A stretch of DNA of 43,959 nucleotides, from contig JBKJLC010000225.1 of the NCBI GenBank assembly GCA_046597055.1, forward strand, positions 1 through 43,959. The letters run 5' to 3'. Below, in pieces: positions 1-11,614 of this stretch. This DNA is from Kofleriaceae bacterium. Lineage in GTDB: Bacteria; Myxococcota_A; Polyangia; Haliangiales; Haliangiaceae. The position numbers and the translations under genes were made by a program. Below the pieces are notes generated by a model, which saw nothing but the letters and a program-made list of their open reading frames with translations, searched no databases and had not been told where the DNA came from. The first letter of the stretch is position 1. Every line of letters begins with the position of its first letter.

Positions 1-2
1 TG

Positions 3-167
3 GCGCTCTGCCCTTCGACACGGCGCCTGCGGCGCCGGCTCAGGGCCACCGGGAAAGGTGAGCGCTTCCGATCACCTGAAGACTTGTGATCAATCCCGAG
101 CGCTGCCCTTCGACACGGTGCTTCGCGCCGGCTCAGGGCCACCGGAAAAGGGAGCGCTGTCGATCAC
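3..167. repeat. Two direct copies (~3-75, ~98-167) of a REP/MITE-like hairpin element CCCTTCGACACGG-hairpin-CCGGCTCAGGGCCACCGG
   Basis: Near-identical ~70-nt units about 95 nt apart; internal stem (cggcgcc-tgc-ggcgccg in copy 1) and flanking gcgct...agcgc inverted ends. Confidence 0.75.
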
Positions 168-184
168 AGAACAGAGGCGAGCGA

Positions 185-493
185 CCGATCCGCGCGACCG
201 CGAGCACACCGGACTCGCCCACGAAGTACGACGGCGCGCGCGTGCCGGTCTCCGGGGTCGCGCGGGCGGGCTCAAGCAGCGCACCGGCGCGCTCGCGCCA
301 GGGCGCTGACAGCTGGGCCCAGCCGCGCGCTGCCAGCCGATCGAGCGCCCAGCACACCCCCGCGGCGCCGAGGTACACGGCCGGTGGCCGGGCCGTCACC
401 GTGGCCGTCGTATGGATGCGCCGGCCACAGCGGCCCCGCGGTGGCCGCGCGCTCGGTGTCGTCGACGACGGCCGCGACGAACGCCCGCGCGCG
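185..493 (-). pseudogene. Frameshifted, truncated N-terminal remnant of a LanC-like (lanthionine synthetase C-like) protein
   Basis: Reads RARAFVAAVVDDTE...LWPAHPYDG...GPATG, then after a 1-nt shift near 380 VYLGAAGVCWALDRL...SYFVGESGVL. No start codon; runs into the repeats. Confidence 0.6.
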
Positions 494-2734
494 TCAGGCC
501 GGCGACGGCTCGCGGCTGATCGTGATCTCGGACGGGCGGCGCGATCGTCGCGGGCGCGAATCGAGCATGTCGCGGATGAGCCGCAGGAGCTGCTCGGGCT
601 TGAACGGCTTGTGGATGAGGTTGGCGCCCTCGTCGAGGCCCTGCTCGGTCAGCGCGTCGCCGACGTAGCCGGACATGTAGAGCACCTGCAGGTCGGGGCG
701 GCGCCGGAGGAGCTCGCCCGCGAGCTGCGGGCCCGACAGACCGGGCATCACGACGTCGGTGACCAGGATGTCGATCTGGATCCCGGGGGCGCTGCCGATC
801 GCGAGCGCCTCGCGCGAGCTCGCCGCGACCAGCACGTGGTAGCCGGCCTCGGCGATCAAGATCTGGACGAGGTTGCGCAGGGCCGGCTCGTCTTCGACCA
901 GGAGCACGTTGTCGGTGCCCGACGGGTTCGGCCCGCCGATCTCCAGCGGTGGGCGCGCCAGGCTGACGCCGGTCTGCGGCAGCCACAGCGTGAACGTGGT
1001 GCCCACGTCCAGCATGGTCTGCACCGTGATCTCGCCGCCGAGGTCGCGGACGATCTGCTGCGCCGTGGCCAGGCCCAGGCCGGTGCCGCTGCTCTTGGTC
1101 GTGAAGAACGGCTCGAACATCCGGGCATGCGTCTCGGGCGTCATGCCGCTGCCCGTGTCCTGCACCGACACCGCCACCCAGGATCCGGTCGGGCTCTTGC
1201 GCGGCGCGGTCGAGTCGGAGCCGTCGACCGAGCGGGTGCGCAAGGTCAGGATGCCGCCGCCGGGCATCGCGTCGCGGGCGTTGAGCACCAGGTTGAGCAG
1301 CACCTGCTCGAGCTGGCCCTGATCGAGGTGCGCGGTCGAGGGCGTGTGGCCGAGGTCGAGCTCGACCTCGACGTTCTCACCGACCACGCTGCGCACCATC
1401 TTCTCGAGATCGATGAGCACCGCGTGCACGTCGATCGTCTTCTCGTCCACGGCCTGCCGGCGCGAGAAGCCGAGCAGGCGCCGCGACAGGGCGGCTCCGC
1501 GTTGCGACGCGCTCTGGATGTTGTCGATGTAGCCGGCCAGATCGGGGCGGATCCCGGCGCGGGTGCGCAGCATCTGGGCCGAGGCCTGGACCACGGTCAG
1601 CAGGTTGTTGAAGTCGTGGGCGACGCCGCCGGCCAGCCGGCCGACCACGTCCATCTTCTGGGCCCGCTGCAGCTGGGCGGCGCGCTCGGCCAGCGCCTCG
1701 GCCGCGCGTCGGCGCTCGGTGATGTCGGCGACCATGACCACCGCGCCGCCGGCCGGCAGCGGTGCGGTCGAGAAGGCGAGCGCGCGATCGCGGACGTCGA
1801 TCTCGACCGCCGACAGCGGCACGGTCGCGCACCGCGCCCACACCGCGGCCAGCGCCGGATCGGGGGCGACCAGCGTGATCGGCCGGCCGATCGCCTCGGG
1901 CTCGGCCACGCCGAGCAGCGCGGCGGCGCGCGCGCTCCACAGGGTCACCGTGCCTGACGCGTCGACGCCGACGATCGCGACCGGCGACGCGTCGATCACC
2001 GCGCGCAGGGTGTCGCGCGACGCCATCGTCTCGTGCTCGCGGGTCGCGAGCTTCTCGATCATGGCGTTGAAGCCGTCGGCGAGCACGCGCAGCTCGCCCG
2101 ACTGGCCGGTCGGCGCGCGCAGCAGCATGTCGTGGCCGCGGGTGATGCGACGCGCGACCTCGGCGAGCTCGAGCACCGGGCGGGTGATCCGGCGCTGCAG
2201 CAGCCACGCCGCCGCGATCGACGCCGCGATCAGCGCGGCCGCGATCACCGCCAGGGTCTTGATGAAGGCGTCGATCTCGGCGCGCAGCGCGGCGTTCGAG
2301 GCGGTCAGCTCGATGGTGCCGTAGCGGGTGTTCTCGTAGATGACCGGCGTGCGGACCCGCGCGAGCTGCTCGCGGATCTGGCGGATGCGCCCGGCGTCGC
2401 GCGGCAACGCCGCCGGCCACGGCGGCGCCTCGTGGCCCTTGCGCTGGTAGGTCGCGAACAGCTTGCCGTCGCCGTCGTAGAGCGCGGCCGCCTCGATGTC
2501 GGTGAACTCGGCGAGCCGGCCCAGCACGCTGCCGGCGTCCTCGACGTCGCCGAACGCGAGCGCCGACACCGACGAGTCGCCGACCACGTCGGCGAGCACG
2601 TCCATCGCCTCGAGCCGCTGGGCGCGCAGGCCGTCGACCTGGCGGACGCCGACCAGGGTGAAGCCCACCACCAGGCAGCCGAGCGTGATCGTCGCGATCA
2701 CCAGGATCAGCCGGGTTCGAATCGACAGGTTCAT
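494..2734 (-). CDS. Membrane hybrid sensor histidine kinase (periplasmic CHASE-like, HAMP, PAS, HisKA, HATPase, REC)
   Basis: Two TM helices; GGVAHDFNNLL H-box; NLVLNARDAM, DTGSGM, FEPFFTTK, GTGLGL; C-terminal LLVEDE...TDVVMPG...KPF. Confidence 0.95.
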   Translation of the reverse strand: MNLSIRTRLILVIATITLGCLVVGFTLVGVRQVDGLRAQRLEAMDVLADVVGDSSVSALAFGDVEDAGSVLGRLAEFTDIEAAALYDGDGKLFATYQRKGHEAPPWPAALPRDAGRIRQIREQLARVRTPVIYENTRYGTIELTASNAALRAEIDAFIKTLAVIAAALIAASIAAAWLLQRRITRPVLELAEVARRITRGHDMLLRAPTGQSGELRVLADGFNAMIEKLATREHETMASRDTLRAVIDASPVAIVGVDASGTVTLWSARAAALLGVAEPEAIGRPITLVAPDPALAAVWARCATVPLSAVEIDVRDRALAFSTAPLPAGGAVVMVADITERRRAAEALAERAAQLQRAQKMDVVGRLAGGVAHDFNNLLTVVQASAQMLRTRAGIRPDLAGYIDNIQSASQRGAALSRRLLGFSRRQAVDEKTIDVHAVLIDLEKMVRSVVGENVEVELDLGHTPSTAHLDQGQLEQVLLNLVLNARDAMPGGGILTLRTRSVDGSDSTAPRKSPTGSWVAVSVQDTGSGMTPETHARMFEPFFTTKSSGTGLGLATAQQIVRDLGGEITVQTMLDVGTTFTLWLPQTGVSLARPPLEIGGPNPSGTDNVLLVEDEPALRNLVQILIAEAGYHVLVAASSREALAIGSAPGIQIDILVTDVVMPGLSGPQLAGELLRRRPDLQVLYMSGYVGDALTEQGLDEGANLIHKPFKPEQLLRLIRDMLDSRPRRSRRPSEITISREPSPA

Positions 2735-3270
2735 GGGACCCCCTTGTCGGTGACGACTCGGGCCAGGCGCAGCAGCTTCGCCCGCACCTTGAGGCCACTG
2801 TCCTTGGCCGCGGTCGTGTTGATCTCGAACTTCACGTGCTTGCCATCTCGGTAGAAGTTGATGATGACGCCAGCCTCCGCCGCGCCCGGCGCATCGGCGA
2901 CGGTGAGGATCGGCCGGCCCTCGGTGCGCGCGAGCACGGCGCGCAGCCGCTTCTTGTCGTTGCCTGCCACCAGCACCAGCTGGCAGCCGAGCACGTGCTC
3001 GGGCGCGACCACCGCGACCCGGGCCTTGCGGTCCTTGATTTTCTGGCGGCGCGCGATCTTGTCGAGTGGGACGGTGATCGGGGTGTCACCGACCACGCAG
3101 ATCGTGAGTCCGGGCGGCAGGTCCTTGGCTTCCCAGTCGACGAACCGGGTGAAGCGCTCGACAAACTCGGCCTTCAGCTCGGACTCCGAGGGGTCAGCCG
3201 CCGCGCGATGCCACCCGCCGATCAAGACGGCGAGCACCGCGAGCGTCGCGAGCGCAAGCCGCGTCCCCAT
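2731..3270 (-). CDS. yfiR: YfiR/HmsC-family periplasmic regulator
   Basis: Signal peptide; ELKAEFVERFTRFVDW, ICVVG, PILTV, INFY...VKFEIN, KLLRLA; stop overlaps the kinase start (ATGA). Confidence 0.88.
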   Translation of the reverse strand: MGTRLALATLAVLAVLIGGWHRAAADPSESELKAEFVERFTRFVDWEAKDLPPGLTICVVGDTPITVPLDKIARRQKIKDRKARVAVVAPEHVLGCQLVLVAGNDKKRLRAVLARTEGRPILTVADAPGAAEAGVIINFYRDGKHVKFEINTTAAKDSGLKVRAKLLRLARVVTDKGVP

Positions 3271-3318
3271 GCCGCCGGAGGTTAGCATGCTGTCGCCGGT
3301 GCTCTGGGAGGTCGGTGC

Positions 3319-3786
3319 TCAACGAACAGCAGGGGGGACCAGAACGCCGAGGCGGCGCACGACCAGCCTGACGTCCGACCCGGCGCGATCTCCGATCCGG
3401 AGCGCGCCCGTGACCCACACCGTGTACCCGGGCCCGGCCAGGCGGGGCCGGGCCAGCGGGCCGACCAGCTCCGCGGCGAACTGGGCGCCGACCAGCCACA
3501 GCGCGAGGCCGCGGCGCTCGACGACCCCGATCCAGGGTCGTCCTTCACCGGCGATGTCGTCGATGACCAAGTGGTTGTCGACCACGCGCGCGCGCTGCCC
3601 GCGCAGGCGCGCCAGCAGCGCCGGTCCCTGGCCCGGGGCGATCGCGACGGTGGCGGCCGCGGTCGGGGCGGAGGTCGCGGCGAGGGCGGTCGGGGGCGCG
3701 GCGGCGGCGAGGGTGGCGACCGCGGCCGGGGTGATGGTCGCGGCCGCGACCACCATCACCTTCAGCCACCTACTCGCCAGTGCCAT
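3319..3786 (-). CDS. Hypothetical exported protein
   Basis: Ala-rich signal-like N-terminus, compact C-terminal domain, overlaps the end of the PilZ gene; start uncertain. Confidence 0.6.
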   Translation of the reverse strand: MALASRWLKVMVVAAATITPAAVATLAAAAPPTALAATSAPTAAATVAIAPGQGPALLARLRGQRARVVDNHLVIDDIAGEGRPWIGVVERRGLALWLVGAQFAAELVGPLARPRLAGPGYTVWVTGALRIGDRAGSDVRLVVRRLGVLVPPAVR

Positions 3787-4195
3787 CGGTCGGCACCGTC
3801 GCGTCGTCGTCCGGCTGCACCTGCGTGCCCTCGGGATCGGTGCCGGTCAGGGACGCGAGGTAGCCGTTGAGGTCGAGCATGATGTCGATGTCGACATCGT
3901 GGAACTGCACGCCGATGCCGGCGGGGTCGTCGCCGGTGCCGTCGGCGCGCCAGCGCACCTCGGCCGTGAGAGCGAGCGGCACGTCGCGATCGGGCAGATC
4001 GATCTGCACCTCGATCTCGGTGCGCGGCGCGAGGTCGAGCCCGAGGAGGAACGCGCCGCCAACGCCGATGTTGCGGGTGTCGGCGGGGATCCAGGCAACG
4101 GCATCGCGCACGCGATAACGAACGCGCACGCGTCGGCCGGTACGCGCCTTCCCACGGAAATGACGTCGGCGCTCGGGGGTCTTGGGCTCGCCCAT
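3770..4195 (-). CDS. PilZ-domain protein
   Basis: ERRRHFR and TRNIGVGGAF motifs; AEVRW...GIGVQF. Confidence 0.88.
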   Translation of the reverse strand: MGEPKTPERRRHFRGKARTGRRVRVRYRVRDAVAWIPADTRNIGVGGAFLLGLDLAPRTEIEVQIDLPDRDVPLALTAEVRWRADGTGDDPAGIGVQFHDVDIDIMLDLNGYLASLTGTDPEGTQVQPDDDATVPTDGTGE

Positions 4196-4275
4196 TGATT
4201 CCGGCCGGTTCGCGGCCGAGCCCCAGGATACCGCGGGTGCGCGCCGCATCGCAAAAAAGACCTGGGTAGTGCGCC

Positions 4276-4304
4276 TTTACCGACCCGCCTCGACCGAGTA
4301 AGTT
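4276..4304 (+). promoter_or_regulatory. Sigma70-type promoter of the mpl operon
   Basis: TTTACC-17 nt-TAAGTT, 9 nt before GTG 4314; no Shine-Dalgarno. Confidence 0.5.
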
Positions 4305-4313
4305 CCCGCCTCC

Positions 4314-6158
<1,845 letters not shown>

Positions 6159-6174
6159 CCCACCGGAGCGACCG

Positions 6175-6984
6175 ATGACCGAGCTCGACGACGCCCTCGG
6201 CATCGCACGTACGGTCGCCGCCGAGGCTGCCGGCTTCCTGCGCGGCGCGCGCGCCCGCCAGGTGCGCACCAAGACCGAGCTGACCGACCTGGTCACCGAG
6301 TGGGACACCCGCACCGAGGACCTGATCCGGGCGCGGCTGGCCACGCTTACGCCCGACCTCCCGATGGTCGGGGAGGAGGGCGGAGGCGACCCCGGCGCCG
6401 GCCGCCACTGGCTGGTCGATCCGATCGACGGCACCGTGAACTTCGCGCACGGGCTCCCGGTGTGGACGGTGTCGATCGGGCTGCAGGGGCCGGACGGCGG
6501 CGAGGTCGGCGTGGTGACCGCGCCGGTGCTGGACTGGACCTTCTGGGCGCACCGCGGTGGCGGTGCGTTCGCGCGGCGCGGCGGCGCAGCCGAGCGGCTG
6601 GCGGTGTCGGCCGTCACGTCGATCGGCAACGCGCTGCTGGCGACCGGCTTTCCGTACGACCGCGCGACCTCGCCCGACAACAACTTCGCGGCCTGGGAGC
6701 ACTTCCAGCGGACGGCCGGCGCGTGCCGCCGGCTGGGCGCGGCCTCGCTCGATCTGTGCCTGGTGGCGGCCGGCGCCTTCGACGGCTACTGGGAGCGCAA
6801 GCTGCAGCCGTGGGACGTCGCGGCCGGCGCGATCATCGTCGCAGAGGCGGGCGGGCGTGTGACCGATACACGGGGCGGCCGGTTCACTCCGTCGGGGGGC
6901 GAGGTGGTCGCGTCCAACGGTGCTATTCATGACGTCATCGTCGCCGAGCTGGCTGTCTGCGCCCGGCCCAAGGAACGATCATGA
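6175..6984 (+). CDS. suhB: Inositol monophosphatase family protein
   Basis: DLVTEWD, GEE, WLVDPIDGTVNFAHG, TGFPY, RRLGAASLDL, WDVAAG. Confidence 0.92.
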   Translation: MTELDDALGIARTVAAEAAGFLRGARARQVRTKTELTDLVTEWDTRTEDLIRARLATLTPDLPMVGEEGGGDPGAGRHWLVDPIDGTVNFAHGLPVWTVSIGLQGPDGGEVGVVTAPVLDWTFWAHRGGGAFARRGGAAERLAVSAVTSIGNALLATGFPYDRATSPDNNFAAWEHFQRTAGACRRLGAASLDLCLVAAGAFDGYWERKLQPWDVAAGAIIVAEAGGRVTDTRGGRFTPSGGEVVASNGAIHDVIVAELAVCARPKERS

Positions 6985-8501
6985 ACCTGCGCCTCCTCGC
7001 CGCCTCGATGTTGTTCGCCCACGCGGCGGCCGCGCAGCCGGTCGATCCGTACGCGCCGGCCGCGCCGGCCGCGCCAACCGCGCCCGCGCCAACCGCGCCC
7101 ATCGATCCGTACGCGACGCCGAGCAAGAAGCCCGCGAAGAAGCCGATCGCGAAGAAGCCGGCCAAGAAGCCCAAGGTCCCGAAGGCGCCGGCCCCGCTCG
7201 ATCCGTACGCGGAGCCGGTGCCGGTTGCCGCGCCTGCGACCGACGTGGCGTCCACGGCCGGCGCCGCGCCAGCGGCCGGCGCAACCCCTGCCGCAACCCC
7301 GACCCCGCCGCCGGATCCGGCCAACGCTCGCTTCGACCTCGCCGCGGTCCAGGGCCTCCTCGCGGTCCAGAACCTCGACGGCTGGCTCCTGGTCGACCTC
7401 GCCGGCCAGAACCCGATCGCCCGCAGCCTGGTCGCGGTCCAGGGCACGCCGTCGCGCCGCTGGTTCTACCTGGTGCCGCGCACGGGTGAGCCGACCATCC
7501 TCTGCCACACGTCGGAGGCCGCAAGCTTCGCGACCGCGGTCGCCGGCCACCGCATCACGTACACCGGCTATCGCGATCTCGCGCAGGCGCTCAAGGTCCT
7601 GCTCAAGGGCAAGCGCACGCTGGCGATGGAATACTCGCCGCGCGGCGAGCTGCCGTCGCTGTCGCGGGTCGACGCCGGGACGATCGAGCTGATCCGCGCC
7701 GCCGGCGTGACCGTCAAGCCCAGCGAGGGCCTGGTCCAGTTCGCGAAGGCGACCTGGGGCCCCGAGGGCCGCAAGAAGCACTACATCGCGGTCCATCACC
7801 TCACCGAGCTGCGCAAGGACGCGCTGGCGTTCATCGCCCGGCAGCTCGCCGCCGGCCTGCCGGTCACCGAGCGCGACGTCCAGACCCGGCTCGCCCAAGG
7901 CCTCACCACCCGCGGGCTGATCGGCCCACCGCCGGTGGTCGCGTTCGGCAAGAACACCGCCGATCCTGACTACGTGCCGGGCCCGACCCGCGCGGCCACC
8001 CTCGCCCGCGGCGAGGTGGTCGTGATCTCGCTCGCCGGCAAGCTCGACGGCGGCGTGTTCGCGGCGACCACCTGGGTCGCGGTGGCCGACGCTTCCGTCC
8101 CGCCCGTGCTTGCCAAGGCGTTCGAGACCACCTCGCTCGCCCGCGACGAGGCGCTCGCGCTGGTCAGCGATCGGGTCAAGCGCCGCCGCGCCGTGCGCGG
8201 CTTCGAGGTCGACAAGGCCGCCCGCGACTTCCTGACCCGCGCCGGCGCGATCGGTCGGGTCTTGCACCGCACCGGCCACTCGCTCGACGCCGATCTCGAT
8301 GGCTCGGGCACCGACCTCGACGACTTCGAGGTCAAGGACCGCCGCAACCTGGTCGCCGGCACCGGCTTCACGATCGGGCCCGGCCTCTACTACGCCGGTG
8401 AGTTCGGCGTCCGCGCCGAGGTCTCGGTCTACCTCGGCCGCGACGGCCTCGAGGTCACCACGCCCGTGCAGGATCAGGTCGAGCTGCTCGTCCGGCCCTG
8501 A
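6981..8501 (+). CDS. Exported Xaa-Pro aminopeptidase (M24)-fold protein with degenerate metal site and Pro/Ala-rich linker
   Basis: Signal peptide; LDGWL, RRWFYLVP, AMEYSP, VDAGTIEL, HRTGHS, GVRAE. Confidence 0.85.
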   Translation: MNLRLLAASMLFAHAAAAQPVDPYAPAAPAAPTAPAPTAPIDPYATPSKKPAKKPIAKKPAKKPKVPKAPAPLDPYAEPVPVAAPATDVASTAGAAPAAGATPAATPTPPPDPANARFDLAAVQGLLAVQNLDGWLLVDLAGQNPIARSLVAVQGTPSRRWFYLVPRTGEPTILCHTSEAASFATAVAGHRITYTGYRDLAQALKVLLKGKRTLAMEYSPRGELPSLSRVDAGTIELIRAAGVTVKPSEGLVQFAKATWGPEGRKKHYIAVHHLTELRKDALAFIARQLAAGLPVTERDVQTRLAQGLTTRGLIGPPPVVAFGKNTADPDYVPGPTRAATLARGEVVVISLAGKLDGGVFAATTWVAVADASVPPVLAKAFETTSLARDEALALVSDRVKRRRAVRGFEVDKAARDFLTRAGAIGRVLHRTGHSLDADLDGSGTDLDDFEVKDRRNLVAGTGFTIGPGLYYAGEFGVRAEVSVYLGRDGLEVTTPVQDQVELLVRP

Positions 8502-8619
8502 TCGCCGTCCGATCGCCACCTCGGTCGCTTTTCTCCGCGACAGCTTCGCCAGGGCCCCTCCAGGTCATCGCGAGCCCGGACATCTCCGGCTCGCGCGGAC
8601 AACCCAGAGGAACCTGGTC

Positions 8620-8871
8620 AAGCACCACTTCGCGGACGTCAACGGCGATGGCCGGGCCGCCTGGATCCAGGTGGCTCGCACCTTCGACAGCGGATGGGTG
8701 GGCCTGGGGCTCCCGACCGGCGCCTTCGATCACTGGAACCACCACTCCACGGCCTTCGACGCTGCCCACGCGTACGCGAACTACTTCCCCGACATCGACG
8801 GCGATGGCCGGGCGGACTGGATCCAGGTCTCCCGCGTGCACAACAGCGGCTGGTCGCGGCTCGCGCTGTAA
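8620..8871 (+). pseudogene. Orphan fragment with two FG-GAP/VCBS-like repeats
   Basis: FADVNGDGRAAWIQV and FPDIDGDGRADWIQV, 52 aa apart; no plausible start codon after the upstream gene. Confidence 0.55.
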
Positions 8872-8923
8872 TAGCGATCCTGCGCGTCGTCGCGAGCCTC
8901 CGGTGCTGCCCGCCGTGCCCGGC

Positions 8924-9769
8924 TCAGCTCGCGAGCCAGGCGGACGGGACGTGGAGTTCGTGCACGTCGCGACGGTGCGCGCCATTGCCGCGGACGATCG
9001 ACGCGTGTCCGAGCGCGCCGAGCTCCCACGCGAGCTGGGCGCGATCGTGACGCCCGAGGCCGGTGGCCGCGGACAGGTCGAGCCAGCGCCAGCACCACTC
9101 CTCGCACAGGTTCGCGGTCGAGGTCTGGCCGTCGTGGTGGGGCCCGCTGATCCGGAATCGCAGGGCGGCGCCGTGGCGGGCATACTCGAGGTGCGCGGGC
9201 CAGCGGGTCGGCAGCTCGTGCCAGTTCCCGTCGTCCGGTGGCGCGATCGGGGCGTCCGCCGTGAGCCCGAGCAGGCGGCGGACGGTCGCGAGCGGCGGCT
9301 CGTCGTGCCGCAGGCCGACCTCGATGAGCAGGTCGCGCGAGTCCAGGCGAGCGCTGGGGCGCGTGTAGCGCAGGGTGGCGATCACGCCCTGGCCGGCGTA
9401 CTCGCGGACGCCCTCCACCGCGGCGCCGCGCGGCGTGGGCGTGAGGGTATCGCCCAGGTAGCTGCTCACCCACTCGAACATGTTGTTCCAGATGTCCACG
9501 TCCGGGAACCGCGTGATCGAGAGCATCACGTGGGCGGGGCTGACCACGAGCTCGGTGCGCGGGGGCTCGTAGAGGTGCGCGAGGCCGGTGCGAAACCGAC
9601 ACGCACCGTGGAACTCGACGCACGGCGCGGTCCCGCGTAGCGCATCCGGCGCGAGCGTCGACGCCTCGGCCGGGGTCGGCAGCGGCGCCGACATGGCGGT
9701 GACGCCGTCGACGTCGAGCAAGACGAGCAGTTCGCCGAACGAGAACACCGGTTTGCCAGCCTCGAGCAT
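8924..9769 (-). CDS. Hypothetical protein
   Basis: Protein-like composition, fills the gap, TAGCGT 9 nt upstream. Confidence 0.65.
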   Translation of the reverse strand: MLEAGKPVFSFGELLVLLDVDGVTAMSAPLPTPAEASTLAPDALRGTAPCVEFHGACRFRTGLAHLYEPPRTELVVSPAHVMLSITRFPDVDIWNNMFEWVSSYLGDTLTPTPRGAAVEGVREYAGQGVIATLRYTRPSARLDSRDLLIEVGLRHDEPPLATVRRLLGLTADAPIAPPDDGNWHELPTRWPAHLEYARHGAALRFRISGPHHDGQTSTANLCEEWCWRWLDLSAATGLGRHDRAQLAWELGALGHASIVRGNGAHRRDVHELHVPSAWLAS

Positions 9770-9875
9770 CAGGCGAACACGCTACACCCCGGCGCCCGTC
9801 CGTGCGGTGCCCGGCGGCGGCGTCCTGGTGTCCCGGCGGCGCGCCAGACCGGCGGCTGGGCGCTACCCTCGGCCC

Positions 9876-10454
9876 GTGATCGCGCCCGCTGACGTCACCG
9901 CGTGCATCCTCGCCGGCGGCCGAGCTCGCCGCATGGGTGGCGCGCTCAAGCCGCTGCTGGTGGTCGACGGTCGGACCATCCTCGATCGTCAGCGCGCGGT
10001 GCTCGCGCCCCGGGTCGCCGAGATCGTGATCGCGGTGGCCGGGCCCGGGCCGCTCGCCGAGCAAGGGCTGCGCGCGGTCCTCGACGCGGTCGCCGACGCC
10101 GGCCCGCTCGCCGGGATCGCCGCGGGCCTCGCGGCCAGCAGCCGGCCGTGGCTGCTGGTCGTCGCCGGGGACATGCCGGCGATCGCGGGCGGGGTGCTCG
10201 ACCTCCTGCTCGACGCGGCCGGCCCCGACGTCGACGCGGTGGTGCCGTGGATCCGCGGGTACCCCGAGCCGCTGCTCGCGCTGTACGGCCAGGCCGCCGC
10301 GCCGGTCATCGCGCGGCGGCTGGCGAGCCGGCAACGTTCGGCACAAGGCCTGCTGGACGAGCTGCGCACGGTCGCGCTCGACGAGCGCGCCGTGCGCGCG
10401 ATCGATCCGGATCTCGCGAGCTTTCGCAATCTCAACCATCCCGATCAGCTCTGA
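9876..10454 (+). CDS. mobA: Molybdenum cofactor guanylyltransferase
   Basis: ILAGGRARRMGG, GPLAGI, VVAGDMP, EPLLALY, FRNLNHP. Confidence 0.92.
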   Translation: MIAPADVTACILAGGRARRMGGALKPLLVVDGRTILDRQRAVLAPRVAEIVIAVAGPGPLAEQGLRAVLDAVADAGPLAGIAAGLAASSRPWLLVVAGDMPAIAGGVLDLLLDAAGPDVDAVVPWIRGYPEPLLALYGQAAAPVIARRLASRQRSAQGLLDELRTVALDERAVRAIDPDLASFRNLNHPDQL

Positions 10455-10559
10455 TCGAGCGCCAGCGCGCCAGCGCGCGCCGGCGCGCGCCGGTCACCGT
10501 TGGCGGGAGCCCACTCTTGGGTTTGCCTGCGGCGAGCGATCCATTATGTTCCACCGCCC

Positions 10560-11612
<1,053 letters not shown>

Positions 11613-11614
11613 GC

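Noticed and set aside
3..167. CRISPR array
   Set aside because: Only two ~70-nt imperfect units, no regular repeat-spacer pattern and no cas genes in the window
380..496. Stop-codon readthrough or selenocysteine joining the kinase to the LanC-like sequence
   Set aside because: The downstream sequence is frameshifted and truncated, the receiver domain is already complete, and no SECIS was recognised
8620..8871. DGR template/variable repeat pair
   Set aside because: Differences are not adenine-specific and no reverse transcriptase is present
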